A stretch of 64,000 nucleotides of DNA from Raillietiella orientalis (lineage: Eukaryota): contig JAYWIR010000016.1 of the NCBI GenBank assembly GCA_036172245.1, positions 1,674,001-1,738,000 of the forward strand, written 5' to 3'. Under the pieces are notes generated by a model. The model did no database searches, was not told the DNA's origin, and worked only from the letters and a program-made list of their open reading frames with translations. Made by a program: the position numbers and the translations under genes. How positions within the stretch are numbered: position 1 is the first letter of the stretch; every line of letters begins with the position of its first letter. This document shows, one piece after another, positions 1-13,039 of the stretch.

Positions 1-59
1 ATTCCTCGAAAAATTCCCCGATCGCGCGCCAGGCACGATCGGGGAATTTTTCGAGGAAT
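1..59. repeat. Perfect 24-bp inverted repeat with 11-nt loop
   Basis: attcctcgaaaaattccccgatcg (1-24) and cgatcggggaatttttcgaggaat (36-59); may extend beyond the window edge. Confidence 0.95.
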
Positions 60-519
60 CCGCCTCCCGAGGGGCGGACCAACGCCGGGAAACCACAGGA
101 ACGGCTGGGCAGTGGGTGCCGTCTCCGGAGTGCGGTTTCCCGGCCACCTCTGTTGCCTCCTCGCCACCGGAGCCGCGGGAATTCCCCCAGAACGTCCCAC
201 TGCATGCAGAGGGCCTCGCATGCACCTTGCGAGCATCCCAGCCACGCTGTGCGGAACGCAGTAAGGCCTGAGGGGGGATGCAGGCACATCTCTTGGCATT
301 CACGGTCAGAGTGTGATTCATGCACCATCTTGGATCGACACAAGGTGACCACTTGTGGCGGAGTCTGACATTAACGAGCTCGTGCTCAGATTCGCTCTAA
401 TTCTTCGCCACAGCTTCTTTTCACCTTGGATTTTCAAAAAGTGCACTGCGGAGATCTCTGCATCCAAAGTTCTGCATCGGTAGTTCCATCGCCTCGTGGC
501 TGACTACCATCATTGGTCG

Positions 520-925
520 CAGCCTGGACTCTATCCCGGGATCTACCAGTCAGGGATCACTGACTCCTCAACGGACGGACGGGCGAGCCGGCGGAGAAGC
601 GCCGAGGCGGGCGCAGTCTGTGACCTTTCGGGGACCTCGTCGCTCAGGAGGATGGCCAGCCTCGAATCCTCGCTTCCGACGTCGGAGCGTTGGTCGTCGT
701 GCTAGGAAGCAGATCTCAACGGTTACTTAGAAACCGCTGAGAAGTCAGCGTTGCGTCGTAGCAGATAGGCTTCTATGGTGACAAGGATTAGTCCGTTCAA
801 TCCCTTCTTGATCCGGGCTACCGTTCCGGCGTGCCCTTTATGTGACGAGATCCGAGTTGCTACTCCGGTGGTTAAGGATATACTTGAGGGACTCTCTAGG
901 AAGCAAGCGACCGGGTCGGCGCTCA
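520..925 (-). mobile_element. Degenerate repeat, probably non-LTR retrotransposon ORF1 fragment; diverged second copy at ~4328-4570
   Basis: Visible nucleotide homology between the two copies; minus-strand translation (HKGHAGTVARIKKGLNGLILVTIEAYL) is only loosely ORF1-like. Confidence 0.45.
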
Positions 926-1689
926 AGTGACGGGTGATCGGAAAAGCTCATCCATCACTTTCGGCGGATGGCGGCGAACTCTGCCGTTCTTCCGTGCCCT
1001 GTTCCCGGATACGACTTATCGTCTTCAACGTCCTCTTTACTCGTCATTCCATGATAGCGGTAGACGATGAGTCACCGCATTCCCGTGTGGCAACGCAAAA
1101 GTGTCGGCAGAGACGAAAATCGTAGCCGGGGAAACCAGGTCACGAACCGCTTCCTGTCGGGGACGTGCGAGCTGCGTTTTCAGACGTCATAGTGAGCGTC
1201 TTCAAAGACCCCTTTGGGCTTGAAGATCCCTGTCGATGTATTCCTTCCATCCGCAGCAGCTCATCAAGGAGTAGGAGCTCCACACCTGAGCGTTTGAATT
1301 TCTCTATCCTTCCCAGGAATTCTTCCGCGCCAGCGCGCCGAGAAAAACCTCGCTGGAAAGCCGCTCTAGGGATTCGTCTGGGGATATTGGGATTCCGCTA
1401 ACGCGCGTTTTGTCTGTATCAGCGTAAGCAGTCGCGCTCCCGTGTCTCCGTCTGCGCTCTTCCACTAATGACAGCATCCGCCCGCGGAGCTTTGGGAAGA
1501 GGGAAAGGGTGGCAAGCAGTCGATAATTCCGGAATGGCTCGTTCATCGAGGCGGCAACTCAGGGTCGCCTTAGGTTTTCCGGCAGACCTTGTGGTCATCT
1601 TGGCAGCCACGCAAAGACGCCGACGGCCTCGTTCGTCTGGTCCGAACGCTGTGGTGCATCCGAACGCGCACCAGGGTGCGCTGGGGCGT

Positions 1690-2583
1690 TTATTTCATAG
1701 AAAAAAATAAATATTTACAATCCCTTCGGTTGGACCTTTGGTCCAACCACGTTCTTTTCAGAGCAAACCTGCCGCGTTATCGGTGCGCAGACCGGCGAGG
1801 TTTTCTACGGCAGCAGAGGGAAGGGGGCAAACAAAAAGAACAAAAAGAAACAAAATGAAAATAAATAAACAAATTTGGTAAAAAGATTACGTTCTGTTGG
1901 AGGCGGTCCTCGGCATCCCCTGCAGGATGCCGCAAGCTCTTGCTGAATGGCGTTTCCCAAGTGGGGTCATCTTGTAGCCACCCTCATGGAGCGGACGGCG
2001 AAGTGGACATGTCAAGTGACAAGGATACCCCTGTCGCTCGGTCCTCCTCTTGCGTCGCTTCAGGACGCCACAATCCTGCGCAGGCAGCAGAGAGCTGCTA
2101 GCAAGGCTGTCTGCCGAAGGGCGTCGCATAGGGGAGGGAGTCGTAAAGCGTCCCTGGAGTTGCTGTCGGGAGTTCCTGGGGTTCCTGCAGCAAAGCGTTC
2201 CCAAAAGGGCCAAGGAGCAACACAATCCACAAGCAGATGCAGGAGGGATTCGCCATCCCCACACCTGGCACAGTTCGGATCCACCAGCACCCGTGTCCAG
2301 TGATGCCGGCGGGGCGGGCGTTGCACGGGAGGCCCCTGTTCAGGAGCAGCAGCGCCGACTCCTGCCACTTTAATGGGAGGGTGCTTGTGTCCATGAGCAT
2401 TGGGATCCACTGAAGATCTTCCTCGGGAACATCCAGCAGCTCTCCCCAGCGCAGAATTCCTCGGGGCGGGGCACTCCGGGCCACAACGTCTGTAAGCTTT
2501 CCCGTCGTCCACTCACCTAGCCCTTTTCTCCTGGCGGAGGTTTCCACACGAAACTCCCATCTAGCCTCCAGGCTGCTGCCCAT
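1690..2583 (-). mobile_element. L1/Tx1-like LINE 3' end (ORF2 C-terminal zinc finger plus T-rich 3' UTR)
   Basis: DPNCARCGDGESLLHLLVDC = Cx2Cx7Hx4C zf-RVT motif; T-rich tail and AATAAA near 1690; 3' UTR homologous to 26880-27050. Confidence 0.8.
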
Positions 2584-4639
2584 ATGTTCCCTCAGGGAGG
2601 GCAGGATTCACAGGGTCCGAGGAACGATCGGCAGACACCATTCTTTTCCTGCGTCAGACGGAGGAGCGGCGTCGCATCTCTTATCCGAAGAGCAGAGGTC
2701 AGACGAAGGAACTCGGAAAGAAAGGATGGCTCGCGAGTGTGCCCTTTCTCTCCCCAATATCCCTGCAGTTCCTACGGATGATTCATCTGCATCCTTCGAG
2801 GAATTCTCATAGAAAGCTGCAAGAGCGAAGTCTCTGTATTTCTCTCGATTATTAATTAATCTGTTTCCTGGACTTCGCGTACGATCAAGGCGAGGGATCC
2901 ATTTTGATTTCATAAGCATCTCGTTCATCTTTTATTCACCCTTCTGGGATCGTAAGCCGGGAGAAGACGCGCCCCCGTCGATTCAGCTCTTCCAGCGGTT
3001 CCGAAAGTTCTCGGATGGTCTGGGCTGTTTCCGAAGGCTTCGGCTGCTACTCTCATCTCAGACGTTTCCTAGGAACGCCTGACCTGGAAGCTTCGCGAAA
3101 GAGGTTCCTTCGGACAAAGCTGAGCTGCGGAGGTCCTCAGCCGCAGGAGACCTTGTTTCTTCTCGAGAGGGAAAAAAAAAAAAAAAGAATGCAGGAAGTT
3201 TACCAAAGTCCAAGAAGACGGTGACCCGCCTGGTGAGAGCAGAGCAGCTGCGATCTTCTATTGGCTCCACGGCAGTTTGAGCGAGATGATGCTGAGGCCG
3301 ACGGCCTTTGCACAGCAGGCAGCCCACACCTAGCCGTAGCAGCAGCAGAGAGAAAATGCCCCGGAAACAACATCGCGAACACGTGCATCGATGCATATGC
3401 ACGGGCGCGCGCGCGCGATGTAAACAAGGCATTCGCACGCGAACTCATCATGTGATGCGGAAACAGAATTGCATTCGCAATTGTATTTTGGACCAGAAGA
3501 GAAAATGCGACTTTTCTCAACGGGCGCCTCAGAAAGCTGCAATTAATGATGCAGTAAGTGTACACGGAAGTGGAAGTTTGTAAGAATTGGTAAGAGCCAA
3601 AGGAGGATGAAAACAAGCAGTCCGCAGTCGGGTCACGTGTTACATAGTACATCGATCGGCAATCGACTGCCACATGGAACGTTTATTTCAGCATGAATGT
3701 AAACAGAGGTCGCTGTTTCGCCACAGCTTCCTATTAAGAGCTGGTCCTCCTTAGTCCCAACGTCGGATGTTCTGCCGGGGTCCGTGAAGAATTCTGAGAA
3801 AAATCCTGGTTGCGCCCAATGGGCTGCGTGCAACCGCGCTGCGTTGTTTACAATTCCTGTTTGATGGGGAGTGCAAGCAAAAAGTGGAAGGGGGGGGGGG
3901 AGGGATTTTCTACCATCTTCACAAACACTGCGTCCTCTTCATCTCGCCTTCCTGACGGGGCTTAGGTTCCCGGGAGCTGTTTCATACGGGCAGTGGCCCG
4001 ACACCGATGCTTCCGACCTACGTGTCAGGAGTGTGGGCTGCTCGGCACTTCATTTTCTTCGATGATCTGTTCCTCCCGTATTCGAGGCATTTCAGTCCTT
4101 CCCTCACTTCTTCGTTCTCCTTATCACCACGACCCGGGGAGTCGCTGACGGTGGTCTTCTTCGGCGCAGAGATTCTTCTGGAGGCGAAGCGGAGAGCCGG
4201 CCCCCATGGCTACCTCCTTCAGCTGTGCTGGTGCTTTCGAAGCCACCACTGAGCACATGCGGAGCCATCGAGCATCCCTCGGGATCGTGTGCTGTTGCTG
4301 TGCTTTGGAGAACAGATCTTAGTCGAGACCTGGAGTCCATCCCGGGATAGCCTGGTCAGGGACCTGGACTGACTCCTCAACGGTTCCTAGGTAACCATTG
4401 CGGAATCAGTCCGCCGTCGTAGCAGGTAGACTTCCACGGAGACAAAGGTCAGTCCTTCTAATCCTTTCTTGGCTCGGGTTACCGTTTTAGCGTGCCTTTT
4501 TGTGGTGAGACCCGAGTTGCTGCTCCGGTAGCTGAGGGACTCTCCAGGTAGCAACCGAACAGATCGGCGCGGCAGAGAATATCCAGAGAGCGCCCCAACC
4601 GGCAGGAGGGTTTCCTTCCAGTGATCGCAGCGCCCCTCT

Positions 4640-7600
4640 AATCTCTGAAAGACATACCCCTGTTAGCGATACAGGAATCGAAGATGCGTCGATGTAACCG
4701 AAGAGCAAAGGAGGCGGAACGACAACGCAAATGAAAGAGGAGCTCTGAGCACGCCACGCATCCACTGCTCAGTCTGCAGTCCACTTCGCCCCTAGTGCAC
4801 TGGATGGTCCTCCAGAATGACCCCTTATTCACAAATCTCAAGTTCTTTCCGTTCAACAGCGGATCTCCTGATCAGGGATGCCGTTTCCCTGAGTGTTTGT
4901 TGATGATGGAGACGGTGCTGCCTTGGCTCGGAACTAGACTGGAGGTGATTTCCTTCCCATGTATCGATCGAAAAGTTCAGATAAGGCTCGTTCTGTTCAG
5001 GTTCTTAGGGTGCCCATGTCCATCCGGACGCTTGCCTGCCCACAGCCCTGGTGCTCTTGACGTCTTCTAAAGGACCTGCTGAGTTCTGCTTCCATTACCA
5101 GAGCACGAATTCCCCAAAATTTTCGTCTGCAGAAGATTCCTGGAACTTCATTCCTGGGACCTCTGGCGTCCGTACCCAAGGACAGTTGCTTTAGAGAGAG
5201 AGCAAAGAGAGGTCCTGGAAGCAGGACTTGCAGAGAAAGGAGATGAGAAGGCCCAGAGGAGCTATCTCGGAGTTCCTGTTGTGGTTCTTGGAGGGAGATG
5301 CGATTCGGAGCTCTTAAAATCGTTGTTTAGCACCGCAATATTCTTTCCTGCTTCCAAGAATCCGGAAAAGCATATAACGTGGTTCCTGCAGCCATGGCAA
5401 TGCGTCCCTCGGTGGGGATGAAGATTCCTCATTCTTTTCCATTCATCCCGGACTTTCAGAATGGGAAGGCTTCCCTTTCCGGACTCCACCTCCTCCGGGA
5501 GAGACGATCGATCAAAAATGCGTTCTCGCCCTGAGGACATCACGACCCTATGAGGAGTCTCTTAGATCAAAGTGGACGCAAGGAGGTCTCCTCCTTTCAC
5601 TTCATCTCCACATCCATACTTTTTTCTCTCCCTCTTCGATGATAAGTGCCTTGGATATTGGGACGCGTTTCTTCGCCTCCCGAACACCGAGTAGGCAGAC
5701 CGTCACGCGTGTGTCCCCATTTGGGAAGACGGGAAGAAGGGCAGGGCGGAAAGACTGTCTCGTTCTCCTCCTCCTCTATCCCATGGTGCGCACTCGCCTC
5801 CCTGCTCCCGTCTCCTGCGAGCTCGACGCGCGCGTGGTGGCTCCATGAAACGGACTGGGGACTGAGCCAGGTCCTGCTTCCCCCACCCACCCAATCGAGA
5901 GAGAACTCCTCCATTGGGCCGAAAATGGGCTCATCGGCGCTGTATCAGGAGGCAGCTGAAAGTGTCTAGTGTGCTACAAAATAATCGGTCAGCCGCTGCT
6001 TCTGGCACGGCCTTTTTCTCCCGAGTGGTCCGCCGGCTGCAGAAACCGATCCATGATCTATTTTGGGAGTAAGAGGAGTTCTCGAGTGCCATCCCGTTTT
6101 CATCCTTCGACCCCTCTGCCCACCTGGACTCTTCCACATTTCTCTCTTCGCGAGCCGTGTTCCCGCGGAGATCGTGATTTGTGGGGACATCGGTCATCCA
6201 CTCCCGGGATCCACTTCGGTCGATCATCAGAAGCCTGCATTTCGCAGGGCATGCTCTGGAAGACCCGGAAGAGATCAAACGCCTTTCTCTGTCCCTCACA
6301 CAACTGACTGCCCATTCGGGTTTGTAATAAATCTGCTGGTCAGTCCTCCAGAGGCCATCGAGTCAAAGGGAAATCTGCTGCAGAAAGGATAGACTGAAAA
6401 TAAGTCCCTTCATAAGTAGGGCTGAGGCGGATCGGATGAATGAGAAAATGAGGATGCACAGGGAATGAAAGAGGGAGGAGCGTGTGGTTCTTCGGGAAAT
6501 TCTCGTCCTAGCATGGTGTGTTATGAGAACCATGGTTAATAGTTCTAAGTATCGATGAGATCCTCTGGTGGCACCGAAGAAGGGAGAAGACTAGCTGCTT
6601 TATCATTAAACCTGCTGATCGAAAAGATGTGTGAATGGGCAGGGTCAGAGGACCTGTTTTGGTAAGGATTCTTCTGGACAGGCGATCTTCAAGGAAAACT
6701 CGAAAGGAAAGGGGGGAAGAAAACTCTAGATCCAAAAGAGGCAATCAGCTTGCGAAGGCGTCGCATTCAGAGCTCCTGGTGTGCTTTTGAAGCGTTCATC
6801 AATCCCATCAGGGCGATGAAGGCAACCACGAATAGGGCTGTATCGGAGAAGTTGGTCCTAGTGCATGGGTGCTCTCCTTTGCTCTCGTAATTATTCTTTG
6901 TCACACTCGTTCCATTAGCGCTGCTTCCGCAGACCCTTCGGGAACACTGCTGAGGGAATGGAGTGCCCGGTTTGTTCCCAGAGTCCCAGGAATGCTCGGT
7001 TTGTTCAGGGAACGTGCTTTGCTATGCTAAAAAAGCAAAAATAACCCACGGTCCCCGGCGGCTGACCTACCAACAGCTGTTAGCTTCCTTGTATGTGGAG
7101 GACTCTCAGCCTGTGTACGAACATCTCTAAGATGTAAAACCACCTTTCTGATGATGTTGAGTCCCTTTTCGTTTGCCTTCTTCTGGAGAAGAGGAACTTT
7201 GAAGGGTGGCTGGCTGGTGTCTCCCACCTGCTGGCAGCAGGAATCCGACACTGTTGGGTAGGGAGGGAAAACCACTCCTCTGCTTCGGTCCTCTGCCATT
7301 CCCCACAACTCCTGAAAGGTGCCGAGCCGTTGTTTGCTTGAGGCTTTCTGCTATTTCTTCTCTTTTGCGTGCAGCATCAGGTGGCACTTCCTTGCGGTCG
7401 GTTCGCACGGTGGAGGGAGCGAATCTCCGCATCTAACAACCCCATAGACGATTCGGCTGCATACGCCACTGCAAGCGAGCCCTACGCCTTTTATACTAAT
7501 CTGGTTCCGATCTGTCAGAAGGCCTCAGCTGTCCCGACACGGGTGATCGACATGGGGCATTGCCACCGTCGGACCTTCGATGCCAGAGATACAGTCTGTG

Positions 7601-7750
7601 TCCCTGAAAGATGGTCAGATTCTGAAGGCTGGAGCTTGCGGAAAGTTCTTCCTGAAGGGTGAAGAAGGAAAGAAAGGTTGACTGAAGAAGACAACGGGGA
7701 GATTTCGTGTGAGGACGTCCTTTTGCTCGGTTAATGGACAATTGGTGTTA
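4640..7750 (-). mobile_element. Decayed I-like non-LTR retrotransposon fragments
   Basis: Frameshifted remnants, e.g. AYAAESSMGLLDA near 7440-7480 resembling the post-RT YGSA...L..LD segment and a PGH RNase H-like remnant near 6960. Confidence 0.45.
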
Positions 7751-8929
7751 CCTCCCTTGCTGGCACTGGTTGTAAAGCGCCATCCAGGCTGGCACAGAGA
7801 ACTGCCGAAAGTGGGGTTAGCTTACAGATTCATGCACCACCAGGAAGAAGAGCACCATTGAAGCTGTGGATCACGGAGGAAAGCAAAATTTTATCACTTT
7901 GAAATAGCAACAAAGATGAAGGACTTATGAGAGGAAAGGAATAAAAAAAAGATGGCTGACGAAATGTATAAGAGTGCTGCAAGCTACTAGGATGTTTAGT
8001 ATACTATTTCTATGCACCTCGCTGTACCACTTATCTTTCTGTGAGACTCACTGACTCACCTCGCTGTACCACTGGACGTAGATCAGTGAAAGGATGGGAT
8101 GAATGACGAAGAAGATAAGGCGCGCGCGCGCAAAAAAAAAAAAAAAAAAAAGCTGCGAGGAAAACAGAGAAGGCAGAAAAGAGACAAATCTCGGCATGCA
8201 TGCATGGCGAGAGTTGCCGGAGTCTTCAGTAGGATATCTAGTATTCATCCAAAAGATGCGGTTGTAATTCATCGACGAATGATATTCCTACTTATAATCA
8301 GACAGAAACATGTAGTTATGGAGAGCATCAAATAGATAAAAGCTTTGCTTCCATTAAAGAGCATCGAAGCTGAACAGGAAATCTCCAGCATGAGACTACT
8401 GAATGAAAGTTTACCATTTATGTTCATATACATGTTTACATATGTTCAATAGGAACATGTAAATGCCTCTGACTCCGTACTAAGAGTGGAATCGAAAACG
8501 GCTCTGTTTTGTTTCGCAATGGTCCAGAGCAAAACTGGCTAACCCTTTTAAAAAATCGCTATTGCCCTTTTGATTCGCATCCGTTGTCATTTTATCCCAG
8601 CGTGGAAGATCTCCAGACACCACTTGCTGCCAGGTACCACCAAAGTCGCCATCGTTACGGAGCTCTGAGTGGGACGTTGCTACAGGTTGCTCGTGCGCCG
8701 ACATTTCTCATCGCCAAACTGGCAACTGCACAGTCAGAGTGGCAGAAGGGTTCCTTCTTTGAGAAAGAAGAGGAAGCAATGAAAAAAGCACATCAATTAG
8801 CTCCAAACAATGACGCACTCGAACACGTGCTTGCTGCTGCAGCAGATTCCTAGATACGGAAATAGGGGCTGCTTCTGATCTTTAAGAAATGTTTGCTTTC
8901 ATGAGTTCCCCAGCGGAAAAACTTCCTTT

Positions 8930-9720
8930 CTTCCTCTTCTTCTGTTCTTTCCCCTTTCCAAGTTCCTTTGTCTATCTTTGGCAACTCTGCGCCCAAGTCG
9001 GCTTTCACGCAATGAAGGCCTTCGTTCCCTTGGGAGTCGCAGAGCGAAACTGCAGGCTTTTCTCGGAAGTGGTCAGCGAAGGCTTCGAAAAGAGGAGAAG
9101 ACGCAGCAAAAACCAACGCTCAGGAAGTGAGGCGCTCACACAACTGCTGCTACCTCGGAAAGAGGAACCCCATCTTTGTCAATTGTTCCACCGGCTTCCT
9201 GGAACTTCCTTGAGGTCGGATTGCACGCGTGGTGAAATTACAAGAACACGCTGCGCCTTCATTTGGTGAAGACAGAGATCCAATCACGGCCTTTCAGGAT
9301 ACACATCGATGGCAGTTTAGAAGCCCCCACAGGCAAGCCCACCACGATAACAGAGTGCCCCTTCATCAAGCCTGAAATCTCCCGTAGCAACCATCATGGG
9401 ACTGCTTCATTATGTGATGGAGAATTCAGCAGTTCCGGCAAAGCCCAGCACGAATCCAGAAGAGCTCTCGGGCTCTGTTTGGTCTGTGGATTGGAGCGAA
9501 AGAGCTATGGAAGTAAGATGCGGGAATGCTTTCTGGGTCGATGAAGAAGAAAGGAGTTGGGATAAATTGGCTGGGAAGCGATGTGATCTGGGTACTCTGC
9601 TGAGCGATTCTGGCTTCTGAGAAAGCATGTCTGGTAGCCCTTTCGGGCACGTTCGGGTCAAGAACCGAGAGGAACCGCGAAACCATGTGCACAGTCGACT
9701 AGCAGCCACAGAGTCCCGCG
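8930..9720 (+). mobile_element. Decayed LINE RNase H domain (I-like)
   Basis: RIHIDGS (cf. YTDGS) near 9295 and PFGHVRVKNRE (cf. WVPGHVGV.GNE) near 9640, in the expected order. Confidence 0.55.
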
Positions 9721-10939
9721 TGACGTCAAAGAAGGGAACAAACTCTTCCCCACCCTCTTCAGGGCGAACGATGCCGTTGGGAGTTCTGGACGTGCTGCGG
9801 AGGGCCCGCAGGATGTCAGGTGGGGCTGTGGATTTCGATCTTCAGTGCACGCATGCGCACGCGCACAGGGAACGGGGGGAGAGCGAAAATGGGGTTTCCC
9901 GACTTGTGTGGATATCGAAAAACTGTAAAGCACCCTCTCCGAGCAGCACATCTCCTTCGGAGTGGTCTGACCTCGTTCCCTCGCCCGCGAATGCGAAAAC
10001 AAATATTCCCAGCGCCGCTGGCCATTCCGCCACCAAAATTTTCCATTCGCGTGCTCCTTTGCGAAAGAATGTGAAATTATTGCCAATATTCCACGGCGTC
10101 TCGTAAGGAAATGGCGGCGCACGTGCCTTCCTCCAGCCAGCGCAAACATCATCAATAAATGTCGGCGCTGAGATTCCTTGGGATTGATTGACTCGCGTTC
10201 GTGAGCCTTGCTCTTCGAACTACGACCCCGGCTCTTCCTCCTGCTCGTGCATTCGGCATCATTTTTTGGACGCGGGAGTCACACGATTGGGTCGCGGAAT
10301 GGAGGTACTTCTTCGTGCCACCCAGCGCCCACACGGAACGTCGAAAAGCACAAAGTGCCTTTTCCGTGCAGTCACTGCAGAACTCGGATCTGCTAAAAAG
10401 GGTTCGCGGCTGCTCCAAAGTCGCTTCGTTTCTTGCGATGGCTCCACGCTCTGAAACGGAGCATTCCCTGATGCTAATGGAGCACGAAATGACGAGTAAC
10501 TGAGAATAATCAGTGGAGCTATTTAAGCAATTATCCGCTTGCTTATTTGCTCGGCACTCTGTCAGAGCCGCCTCACCGCCCGCTTTCGTTTCGCTGCAAA
10601 GGGACGCAATCTCAAAGACGGCTGCTGCAGAGATCGCAGGATGGCGTATTGGACGACTGCTATAGTTCAGTGCCATCTATCAGTCAAAAAGCGAACTCCA
10701 CCGGCATCTCTGTTGAACGAAAATTGGAATAGCTGCTGGGGCCTGCTGAGGAACGAGTTTGGGCAGCGTAAGAGGGCTGGGTACATTTGACAGAAGTCTA
10801 CTACGTAGCTCTCCACCCTGATCAAAGAATCACTCAAAGATATTAGCACCTCAAAGGGAGCGCTCGAAGAACGGCAGGTGAGGTCGCGCAGCTTTCGTCT
10901 TCCTTCTTGGGAAATTCTTCTGCCTCCATACAAACACCA

Positions 10940-11720
10940 TGCCTATCATTTTAGATTTACCAAGGGAGAAGGCATTTCGCATCTGATGCCTTCAGCTGCC
11001 GCGCAAGCGGTTGGGAGGCCGAACCGATAAGGTCGCGGTCAGGAGAGTCTCTCTGCACATCCCGAAATGTCTGCAGCAGCTGTCCAGCTTCAAAGACCAT
11101 GAAGATCTTCCGCCGATACAAGGAGCATCGGTCCCGCTTTGGAACCAAGAAGGAGGGCAGGTGGAGCTTCTCTGGAGATGTGCAAGGATTCATTTGCTTT
11201 GACCAGGTTGACAGTGGTGATCCCGACCTCAGGCACACACTTCTACGATTGTTTGCCCAGAAGGTCCTTAGGAGCTTTCCATCAGGTACTTCATACTTTC
11301 CATCTGGTTCTGAAGCGCAGTTCTTGCAGAATTTATCTGCGCTTCTGCTTCCTTCATTCTCAGGAGCATATTGCCCTCCCCCTCCCCCTTTCCCTGGTGA
11401 AGACTCGGAAATTCTGAAACAACGAGAATTTCCAGAAAATTTTCCCCACCTCAAACCATCGCGGACATCCCAAGATAAACTTGGGAAATCGTATTTAAAC
11501 AGGTTGCCCATCCTCTGATGTTTCCGAGATGCTTCTATGCTGTTGCTGTCGACTGTCCTACCTGTGGCCGTATGCCGACGCTTGTGATTGCCAGAGATTT
11601 ATTCCTTGAAAATCTAACAGGATGAGGGGTTCCGAGGACCAAGAAACGGTACTGTGCACTTGCTCCGATGGAGCTCATATCGCCTCTTTCTTCAGTGTTT
11701 TCATATCCTGGAGGTCTCAA
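10940..11720 (+). mobile_element. L1/Tx1-like ORF2 fragment (post-RT region)
   Basis: KIFRR...KKEGRWSF resembles the IFRFIW...KEEGGWGL segment. Confidence 0.5.
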
Positions 11721-12078
11721 CAGCCTCTTCTTGGTAAATTCTGCAAGAATTGCGCTTCATATGAAGTACCTGATGGAAAGCTCTTAAGGACCTTCTAAGC
11801 AAACAATCGTAGAAGTGTGTGCCTTCATCCTGAGGTCGGGATCACCATTATCAACCTGGTCAAAGCAAATGAATCCTTGCACATCTCCAGAGAAGCTCCA
11901 TCTGCCCTCCTTCTTGGTTCCAAAGCGGGACCGATGCTCCTTGTATCGGCGGAAGATCTTCATGGTCTTTGAAGCTGGACAGCTGCTGCAGACATTTCGG
12001 GATGTGCAGAGAGACTCTCCTGACCGCGCCCTTATCGGTTCGACCTCCCAACCGCTTGCGCGGCAGCTGAAGGCATCA
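10984..12078. repeat. Long inverted repeat: arms 10984-11335 and 11735-12078, 399-bp spacer
   Basis: Arms are reverse complements differing by about 9 substitutions and two indels (7 and 15 nt); also visible as matching peptides on opposite strands in the ORF track. Confidence 0.97.
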
Positions 12079-12079
12079 T

Positions 12080-12640
12080 CAGCGCCTCAAAGGGAGCGCT
12101 CGAAGCACGACAGGGAGGCAGCGCAGCTATCGTCTTCCTGCCCGCTCAGCTTCCCTCCTCGCCGCAGCTATTGAGCATCAGCAGGACCCAATTAGCACGT
12201 GTTCTCGATACGAGATCTCCTCCCTGGTCGCCGGACCGCTCTGCAGTCTCGTGCCCTACGTATCAAGGACGCAGCAGGAACCAGAAAGCAATGAAGCCAA
12301 GCAGACTCCTTGTACCTCATCTTCGCGCCCCCGCAAGCAAATGGAGTCCCCAGGAGATCTGTGACTCGACGTGACTTCCTCAGGAGCGTTCAGCAAAACC
12401 ATGTAGCACTCAACAGGATGAAGATGGGGAGCCCTTTGCTTGTTTCCAGCGAGGAACCCGGAAGGAGGCGAAACCAGGAACTTCGGGATGGAAATTCCGA
12501 GTTTACATGGAGTCTCACGATGATGTTGCGCCAGCGTTCGGCAGTCGGCTCCTGCCGATCCTCAGATTTCAAGGATGGCTGCATCGGAGAACCCGAAAAC
12601 TCCTGCTCCTGAAAGGAAGCAATGTCGTTCGCGATCATTC
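12080..12640 (-). mobile_element. Decayed LINE reverse transcriptase C-terminal part
   Basis: MIANDIA (cf. FADDIA) followed by ERWRNIIVRLHVN; appears to continue at ~10600-10905. Confidence 0.5.
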
Positions 12641-13039
12641 AGGAGGGAGGGGAGAAGTTTCTCTAAAGTGGACCCGAGATGATCCACGTCGAAAGGATTT
12701 TTGCTGCATCTGTTTCTTCCAAACTCGTTAGCCGCTTTCCAAAGAGGGAGGAAGAAATACGCTGAGTTCCAGAAATTAAATCCGATCCTTATTACGAATT
12801 TACATGCGGATTCATCCTCTGAAAACGGGATCCATTTATAGAAGTACCGTCATAAATAATATTGCAAGAGCCGTCCGTTCGCTCGAATTCTGCACCGAAA
12901 CAAGATCGTCTTTTGGCAAGCAATTACAAAGGAGAGACCATGTGTTGCACTAGTTACTCTTCGTCAGATGGAACGTGGCTTCCTCTGGCAGATCACTGCA
13001 TCACTGTTTTTCCATCTGATGCCTTCTGGACCACCACCC

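Noticed and set aside
3172..3420. Poly(A) run and alternating purine-pyrimidine (GC)n tract
   Set aside because: Simple-sequence features recur across the window (e.g. 8120-8151, 30984-31001, 40542-40561) without sign of specific function
8015..8073. 17-bp direct repeat with 25-bp spacer as a CRISPR array
   Set aside because: Only two units, no cas genes, eukaryotic context
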